Virus record (IMG/VR): IMGVR_UViG_3300028831_000022
Span: 1-46,450 of that record
Direction: 5' to 3' (one strand)
Length of the DNA stretch: 46,450 nucleotides
Source of the DNA: a virus
The notes beneath the pieces were generated by a model that did not search any database, was not told the DNA's origin, and saw nothing but the letters and a program-made list of their open reading frames with translations. A program made the translations under genes and the position numbers. Shown here piece by piece: positions 41,041-46,450 of the stretch (position 1 is the first letter of the stretch; the number at the start of each line of letters is the position of its first letter).

Positions 41041-41724
41041 TCATGAGTAGGTCGGTACATAAACATTGAACCGGAAGAGTTTAGCTCGGTGCTGACCAGC
41101 AGCAACGGACTTACAGAAGCCAATGTGGGTTGGTGTACCAAGATTGAAGGCGCCACCTGCATTCCACGTTGTGCCGTCAGGTGACCAATAGGGAGTCCAG
41201 TTGGTCCCCACCTTTCGGATCTTGATCCAGTGCTCGACTTGGTACTGGTTGAGCCCTGTCATGCTGGCGCCGCTGTTGCCCACAGTGCCGCCATAACCGA
41301 AGCCAGCGTTCGTCCCGAAACAGTAGAGCTGCCCCTGATAGAGGCAGAAGGTGTATCCGGCCCCATTGGAGCTACCAATCCAGGGACCGAAGCCAATGTC
41401 GCCACCTGGGATAGGAGCATGGAAGCTGGTGACAACCTCGTAGTCAACAGCACCAGGCGATGCCTGATAGATAGCAGCACCAACATCACCGATAATCTCG
41501 ATGTAAGTGTCAAGAAATGGGTACTTGATACCCGATGTGCTAGCCCCTACCGTCAATCCATTTAAGGACCACTTAGCTGCCATTGTACCACCGACAGAGA
41601 AATCATCTCCATAGGTAGCATGGGTAGGACGAGCTACGGTATCGTCAGGAGCAGGGGCAGCATCCCGACCTGCATTCAGGTTGGTGCTACCACCTCCACC
41701 ATGAGCGGCACCGGTACTACCCAA
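41041..41724 (-). CDS. ~227-aa ConA/LamG-like lectin-fold protein with a Gly-rich N-terminal linker (TTG start)
   Basis: Codon usage becomes genome-typical only after the TTG at 41724. That TTG lies 9 nt after GAGGGAG and 3 nt before the upstream TAG. Confidence 0.6.
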   Translation of the reverse strand: MGSTGAAHGGGGSTNLNAGRDAAPAPDDTVARPTHATYGDDFSVGGTMAAKWSLNGLTVGASTSGIKYPFLDTYIEIIGDVGAAIYQASPGAVDYEVVTSFHAPIPGGDIGFGPWIGSSNGAGYTFCLYQGQLYCFGTNAGFGYGGTVGNSGASMTGLNQYQVEHWIKIRKVGTNWTPYWSPDGTTWNAGGAFNLGTPTHIGFCKSVAAGQHRAKLFRFNVYVPTYS

Positions 41725-41743
41725 GGTACAGCACTCCCTCGAT
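41708..41743 (-). repeat. 36-nt repeat, copy 1
   Basis: Minus-strand reading: atcGAGGGAGtgctgtaccTTGggtagtaccggtgc. Confidence 0.85.
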
Positions 41744-42016
41744 AGTACCTGACTCCATATCCCAGAAAATCCCGTTGGTGAATGGGATACCCTGAGGGCC
41801 ATACCACTCTCTGGCTGACTCACTAGCCAGAAGGTTGATAGGTACCACGATCCTGCCGGTACCGGCTGACGTAGCGTCTCTGATTGTGACGGCAGCTACC
41901 GCTGGAGTACCTGCCTTCTCACGAATGGCAAAGCCCATGAGCAAGGCATAGCCAGTGACGACAGCAACGTCGGCAGTACCAGCAGGAATCTGGTACGTGT
42001 TAAGACCTCTAGCCAC
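41717..42016 (-). CDS. 99-aa protein immediately downstream of the capsid gene (structural, unknown)
   Basis: GTG start with GGAGGAGG 5 nt upstream. Confidence 0.7.
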   Translation of the reverse strand: MARGLNTYQIPAGTADVAVVTGYALLMGFAIREKAGTPAVAAVTIRDATSAGTGRIVVPINLLASESAREWYGPQGIPFTNGIFWDMESGTIEGVLYLG

Positions 42017-42041
42017 TCCGACCTCCTCCCTGGGCTAGTGG

Positions 42042-43160
42042 TTATGTAAGCGCCGAGAAGCGTGCGGCCCAAGCCTCACGGTGGAAGGAGAAGGACTTCT
42101 CACCAACCACCTGACCCTTGATGGAGTCACCGGTCTTAGCCAGCATCTCAAACACCAGAGGACGGAGCGTGAGGACCGTAGCCTGGTCCCTGGCAAAGAT
42201 GAACATATCCTGCTTCCGGCACCAACGGTCGATGACCAGTGACACCTGGCCGAAGTCAGACTCGTAGAAGTCCACAGTCTGACCACGAACATTGGTGTCC
42301 TGAACATAACGGATGTTGGAGCTACCGAACTGAGAGATGTTCCTCTTCTGGCTGGGGTTGACCACGATGCGGTCAGGGTTACCACCGGCATTGAACGCAG
42401 CCTCAAGCTGGTTCAGCAGCAGTGTCTCCGTCAGTGTGGTCGTGCTGGAGTCCACGTTGGTGGTGATGTAGAAGGTCATGCCACCCATCGTGCGCCAGCG
42501 GTTGGTGCTGTCCTCAGCCCTGGTGCCATAGAGCAGAGCCTGCTCGATAGCCACCATTGCTTCCTTCGTCCGGTTACCGATCTGATAGTCGAACTCGGAC
42601 ATGGGCAGCCCATACTTGCGGACCACGTTCTCAGTCTCAGATACCTGAACCTGATAAGGACCAAAGATTTCCGTGTAGTTGAACCGATTGGTCCTATCCT
42701 TGGTCCTGGCACTGGGCGGGTCGGTACCTTCTGGGAGAGCAGAGCCCACACCAACGATCTGGTCACCAACGACACCGGCATTAGTAGCTGTACCAGAATA
42801 AGCTCTGGTCACCAGTAGCGTGTCAGCCGTCGTGCCATAGCCAGTGACCCGCATGTACTCTGCTCTGGTGAGGATCACGTCACCGGTCTGGAACTTCTCT
42901 CTGTCGCCTGAAGCAACAGTGATGTAGGCGTCAGCCGTGACGTAGGTAGCACCAAGGGTAGTTCTCGGAGTGAGAAGAGTCTCGTCCAGCCATTCGATCT
43001 TCTTCTCATAGATGGTGTCCTGACTCAGGACGGTACGTCCATCGGACCCATTACCACCGAGAAGGGGAACATCGAAAGGGCTGATGACATAGATGAGGTC
43101 TTCGACCTCAAGCTGAACACCTACGGTAAGGTCGTAGGTGGTCATGGGACCGGTAGGCAT
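42042..43160 (-). CDS. Major capsid protein (HK97-fold; SU10/DUF5309-like by eye)
   Basis: 372 aa with AGGAGGG 4 nt upstream. The position after the scaffold and the motifs KIEWLDETL and RFNYTEIF..VQVSETE resemble that family. Confidence 0.8.
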   Translation of the reverse strand: MPTGPMTTYDLTVGVQLEVEDLIYVISPFDVPLLGGNGSDGRTVLSQDTIYEKKIEWLDETLLTPRTTLGATYVTADAYITVASGDREKFQTGDVILTRAEYMRVTGYGTTADTLLVTRAYSGTATNAGVVGDQIVGVGSALPEGTDPPSARTKDRTNRFNYTEIFGPYQVQVSETENVVRKYGLPMSEFDYQIGNRTKEAMVAIEQALLYGTRAEDSTNRWRTMGGMTFYITTNVDSSTTTLTETLLLNQLEAAFNAGGNPDRIVVNPSQKRNISQFGSSNIRYVQDTNVRGQTVDFYESDFGQVSLVIDRWCRKQDMFIFARDQATVLTLRPLVFEMLAKTGDSIKGQVVGEKSFSFHREAWAARFSALT

Positions 43161-43445
43161 TTATCCCTCCTGAGGAGATTGGTAAGCCTTACGCTTGGCT
43201 TCCTCAATCTTGTGCCTATTCTCAACGAAGGTCTTGATAGGCATTGGCTCTACAGTGCCAGGGTTGAGATAGGGCATCCCTCTCTCATCCTTGACAATGC
43301 CTTTTTCCCAGGAGTTGCCTGACTTCTTTACAGGCTGGTTATTCCTACGTCGGTTAGGTGTTGCCCTAGGGCTGACTTGTATGGTCTTCAGCTTGCAATG
43401 AAAGCAATCCTCAGGATGGTTACCTATCTCGCCTGAAGCGGTCAT
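43161..43445 (-). CDS. 94-aa basic protein between the scaffold and capsid genes
   Basis: Internal ATG of ORF 43161..43526, chosen to limit the overlap with the scaffold frame. Confidence 0.5.
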   Translation of the reverse strand: MTASGEIGNHPEDCFHCKLKTIQVSPRATPNRRRNNQPVKKSGNSWEKGIVKDERGMPYLNPGTVEPMPIKTFVENRHKIEEAKRKAYQSPQEG

Positions 43446-43953
43446 TAGGATTCCTAGCTGCTCGCTGATCGCCATCGGCAAACCGCTGAACCAAGGTCGA
43501 GACATAGGCACCAGCGGCATGATCATACTTGCCGCCTTCTTCGATCACTCTCTTGGCTGCATCGACAGCTTCCTTCTTGGGATGCACAGGGTTCTCACCC
43601 GGAGGGTTGCTGCCATTGCTGAGAGTCTGACGTTCCTTGGTGCTGTCCTTCTCTTCCTTGGGAATCTCGGGATTACTGGTCTGCGTTTCAATCAGACCAA
43701 TCTCCTGAGCTTCAGCGATGATTGCCTCTTTCGTAAGCTCACCCTCATAAGTAGCGAGAAGCATCTTGCCCAGCTTCGTGTCTGTGTCAATACCAGCCTT
43801 GGCAAAGACAAGTTCACGCTGAACTTTGTCCAAGTCCTGGGCCTTCTTGGCAGACTCTTCGAGGGCTCGAATGTCTTCCCGCTTCATCCGAACATAGGAC
43901 TTGCCGTCCTGCTGATCGTCTTGGTTGTCCTGGGGTTCCTCGTTCTCAGCCAT
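43420..43953 (-). CDS. Scaffolding protein (putative)
   Basis: 177 aa with an acidic N-terminus and charged helical composition. It lies just upstream of the capsid gene. AAGGAG is 4 nt upstream. Confidence 0.6.
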   Translation of the reverse strand: MAENEEPQDNQDDQQDGKSYVRMKREDIRALEESAKKAQDLDKVQRELVFAKAGIDTDTKLGKMLLATYEGELTKEAIIAEAQEIGLIETQTSNPEIPKEEKDSTKERQTLSNGSNPPGENPVHPKKEAVDAAKRVIEEGGKYDHAAGAYVSTLVQRFADGDQRAARNPNDRFRRDR

Positions 43954-44066
43954 CCATCTCCTTTGGCATCACTCTTGCCCGGAGCAGGCAAGGAGGGTAT
44001 GCAGGCCATCGACCGGGACCCTAGGTCTGACCAGGACAGCACACTGCATACGTGGATCATACAGCA

Positions 44067-44897
44067 TTATCTGGCGGCTCCAAGTCCCAGTCCCTCCCGA
44101 CTCTGACTGGCACCACCCCCACCACCAGCGAAGGCCGCTCGGCGCTCCTGCTGACGGCGGGTGAGTTCAGCCTCAGCCTGACCACCGGTCAGTGCAGCCT
44201 CGGCTACCCGGTCGTTGGTGATGTCCCCTGTCTCCGAGATGCTTTCCTCGGCCAGAGGCTTGAGTTGATACGCCTGCTGAAGTTGCTGTCTTGCCTGCTG
44301 TCCAGAGATACCAAGCTGCTGATAACGGCTGGCTTCCTGTTGGCTGAAGTCGAAGCCATACTGAGAAGCTGCTCCACCAATCTCTGCTTGAGTAGCCATG
44401 TCAGAGATGAGCTTGGCTCCCTTGGTCGGATCAAGGAAGAAGGAGGCGAGCATGGGCTCGCCCTGGACACCGAAGTATTGGGAGAAGGCATCCTTCACTT
44501 CCTGGGGAGCACCGGCCACCCGGACATAGCCTTGCTCTACCCTGGTCTGAAGTTCCTGCGGTGAGAGTCTCTTGGAGATAAGGTCTACGAAGTCATCGTG
44601 TGTATCGTAGAAACCCTGAGGTAGCCCGTAGTCCTTGAACATGGAGGTGACTGTCTCCCTGTAGGACATGATCTCAGCAGGAGACATCGGGGTACCTGCA
44701 TTGATGGCAGCCTTGTACTCAGGGAATGCGTCGTTGAATTGTGGAGTGTTGGTAAGCTCAAGCTTGATACGATCAGGACTGTAGTTCTGCTGGAGCCAGC
44801 CAAGGACAGTAGGTCCTAGTGTGTCCAGACCAAACTGACCTAGCCAATTGTTGAGGACTACTCTGTTGTCCTCCTGCTGGGGAGTAAGCTCAGCCAT
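44067..44897 (-). CDS. 276-aa virion-module protein with a Gln-rich, Gly-tailed C-terminus; unknown
   Basis: AGGAGA lies 4 nt upstream. Confidence 0.7.
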   Translation of the reverse strand: MAELTPQQEDNRVVLNNWLGQFGLDTLGPTVLGWLQQNYSPDRIKLELTNTPQFNDAFPEYKAAINAGTPMSPAEIMSYRETVTSMFKDYGLPQGFYDTHDDFVDLISKRLSPQELQTRVEQGYVRVAGAPQEVKDAFSQYFGVQGEPMLASFFLDPTKGAKLISDMATQAEIGGAASQYGFDFSQQEASRYQQLGISGQQARQQLQQAYQLKPLAEESISETGDITNDRVAEAALTGGQAEAELTRRQQERRAAFAGGGGGASQSREGLGLGAAR

Positions 44898-44905
44898 CCT
44901 GTCTC

Positions 44906-46240
44906 CTAGATAGCACTCTTACCAAACATGGCGCCCAGCGTACCCAGAACTCCTGTGACTTCGGCGGCTGAGTTACTGGTCTTCCAATACTCGTCCTTCT
45001 TCTTGATGAAGCTCGTCGTCTCTGCCACAGTCATTGGCCTGATGTTGCCCTTGTCATCAGCATAGGAGACGATCTGGTTGTACTTCGGATCGGTGAGATC
45101 CAGGCTGTTGGGGTCCACCTCAAGGAGCTGAGCAGCAGTATTGATGTGCTGGGAGAAGTAGTCTCTAGGTACCGTACCAGCGTCGATGAGGTCAGCGATA
45201 CTGGGGTAAGCAGACTTGGCTCTGGCCTTCAGTGACTCCTGAATAGATGCTTCACTGGCTTCACCGGTGAAGAGCTTCTTGCTCCAGTCGAATGCCTCTT
45301 GGTCTGTGATGTTGATGAGGTAGTTCTTGCCTGTCTTCTTGGCTGCTGTGGCATAGGCTCCTAGACCACCACCAAGGTTGGGATCGAAGTTGACCTTGGC
45401 CATAAGGTTCTGCTTGAGAGCCAGGTCATCCCAGCCAAACTTGATGGCGTCTGTACCCATCTGAACAAGGTCCTGATAGGTGAAGGACAGACCAAGGTTG
45501 CTAGACATTGCCAGGATATTCTTGGTCTTGGCATCAATCTCGTCATTGAGTGTTGTGCCATCAGTATGCTGACGTTCGATGAACTTCCGAACAGTATCCT
45601 TCTTACCCTTCCACCAGTTACTGTTCTCGAACTCAGCCCTGAAGCGTTCCGGTGTGTACTCGTTCTTGGCTGCTGTCTCCAGCAGACCACGTAACTCAGG
45701 GTCCTCCTTGACCCACAGCATATTGGCATAGTGCTCACGCTCATAAGCATCGACCTCAGCAGCAGTGCTGGGCTTCTTATGAGCGGCAGGAGGTGGCTGC
45801 CCCTGTACGGTGGATAGAGGTCTGGTCCCCGGAGTACCCCCGGTACCAGGCATGGTAGGTACCGGCTGAGGGCGAGGTGCATTGGGATAGAACTTGGTGG
45901 CGTCATCGTTGAAGGTGGGGATGACCCGGCCCTGAGCATCAGTATGTTCCGGGTGGAAGGGCCAGGGCTGATGCTGAGCATCAGGTGGAACATAGCTTGA
46001 TGCCGCTTCTCTGAGTTGTTGCTCAGTGACGATGCCCTGCTTGAGCAGAGCAGCCATCACGTCATTTGGTGTGTTCCCAGCACCAGGGTCATCGAGTAGT
46101 GCCTTCTTCAGGTCATCGACCTTGGCACCATTCATCCATAGACGGTTGAGGATATCCGAGAAGTTGCTGTCCCCATAAAGGGGTAAGATGTCATTGACCT
46201 TCTTCTGGATATCGGTGGAGTAGAGCTGAACAGTAGCCAT
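44906..46240 (-). CDS. 444-aa virion-module protein; unknown
   Basis: The ATG at 46240 has GGAGG 6 nt upstream and overlaps the upstream TGA. The track's TTG at 46243 is an alternative. Confidence 0.75.
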   Translation of the reverse strand: MATVQLYSTDIQKKVNDILPLYGDSNFSDILNRLWMNGAKVDDLKKALLDDPGAGNTPNDVMAALLKQGIVTEQQLREAASSYVPPDAQHQPWPFHPEHTDAQGRVIPTFNDDATKFYPNAPRPQPVPTMPGTGGTPGTRPLSTVQGQPPPAAHKKPSTAAEVDAYEREHYANMLWVKEDPELRGLLETAAKNEYTPERFRAEFENSNWWKGKKDTVRKFIERQHTDGTTLNDEIDAKTKNILAMSSNLGLSFTYQDLVQMGTDAIKFGWDDLALKQNLMAKVNFDPNLGGGLGAYATAAKKTGKNYLINITDQEAFDWSKKLFTGEASEASIQESLKARAKSAYPSIADLIDAGTVPRDYFSQHINTAAQLLEVDPNSLDLTDPKYNQIVSYADDKGNIRPMTVAETTSFIKKKDEYWKTSNSAAEVTGVLGTLGAMFGKSAI

Positions 46241-46450
46241 CAAGCCCCTCCACCTGAGATACCACCGTCAATCATCTGTCTCATGATATTGACGTAGTTC
46301 ATCTCTGAATAGGCTTCAGCCTCATTGGGGTTCTGGGACTGTACCGCTGCCTTCAGCCTGGCCTCGGTATCCACTCGGGCAGTAGCCAGCCGCACATCCC
46401 CACCAAGGTCGGCCTGCTGTCCCGCATGGATGGCTGCCTCCTGAGGACTA
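46240..46450 (-). CDS. C-terminal part of the same junction-spanning 300-aa protein (46310..46450 duplicates 1..141)
   Basis: The frame continues ...NEAEAY SEMNYVNIMRQMIDGGISGGGA to TGA at 46242..46240, which overlaps the ATG of the next gene (TGATG). Confidence 0.8.
   Translation of the reverse strand, partial: SPQEAAIHAGQQADLGGDVRLATARVDTEARLKAAVQSQNPNEAEAYSEMNYVNIMRQMIDGGISGGGA
46310..46450. repeat. Second copy of the 141-bp terminal overlap (same as 1..141)
   Basis: Base-for-base identity with 1..141 when read by eye. Confidence 0.95.

Noticed and set aside
41725-41823. N-terminal 33 residues of the 260-aa ORF (MSQPESGMALRV...)
   Set aside because: It overlaps the 99-aa gene in a frame with poor codon usage. 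The conserved SD plus TTG at 41724 explains the downstream frame. It remains an alternative pending proteomics.
43420-43526. Programmed frameshift between the scaffold ORF and the overlapping 121-aa ORF
   Set aside because: I noticed no slippery heptamer or downstream structure. An internal ATG at 43445 gives a simple 26-nt overlap instead.

Overview
The window is a complete, circularly closed dsDNA phage genome. Bases 1-141 repeat exactly at 46310-46450, so the unique length is 46,309 bp. There are two arms. A plus-strand early/replication arm (~11.4-26.2 kb) encodes a RepA-like ATPase, SSB, a DUF932 protein, a Cas4-like nuclease, a family-4 UDG-like protein, a phiC31 gp3-like protein, VRR-NUC, a ParB-like protein and many tiny Cys-rich or membrane ORFs. 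A single minus-strand late arm of ~31 kb starts at ~11.15 kb, runs through the window junction and ends at ~26.19 kb. Its order is TerL, portal, a 2081-aa giant protein, three unknown virion-module proteins, scaffold, major capsid, putative decoration/fibre modules with an embedded glycosyltransferase, collagen-like and collar-domain fibres, a small-gene cluster and a lysis cassette. I saw no tail tape measure, integrase, DNA or RNA polymerase, tRNA or CRISPR array. The SSB style, the amidase endolysin and a Pup homologue point to a mid-GC actinobacterial host; this is inference. The most interesting signal is an unlisted 56-aa ORF (28933..29103, minus) whose C-terminal half closely resembles prokaryotic ubiquitin-like protein Pup, including the terminal GGQ. 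Other notable items: an ~800-bp non-coding region with iteron-like repeats next to the RepA-like gene; six strand-specific tetraloop terminator hairpins around moron-like cassettes; a recurrent TAATAACGGATAGC motif; a 36-nt repeat that defines TTG-initiated paralogous modules; three tandem jelly-roll-like paralogues; and a TerL with a TerS-like HTH N-terminus. All family assignments are by-eye motif recognition and need HMM or structure confirmation.
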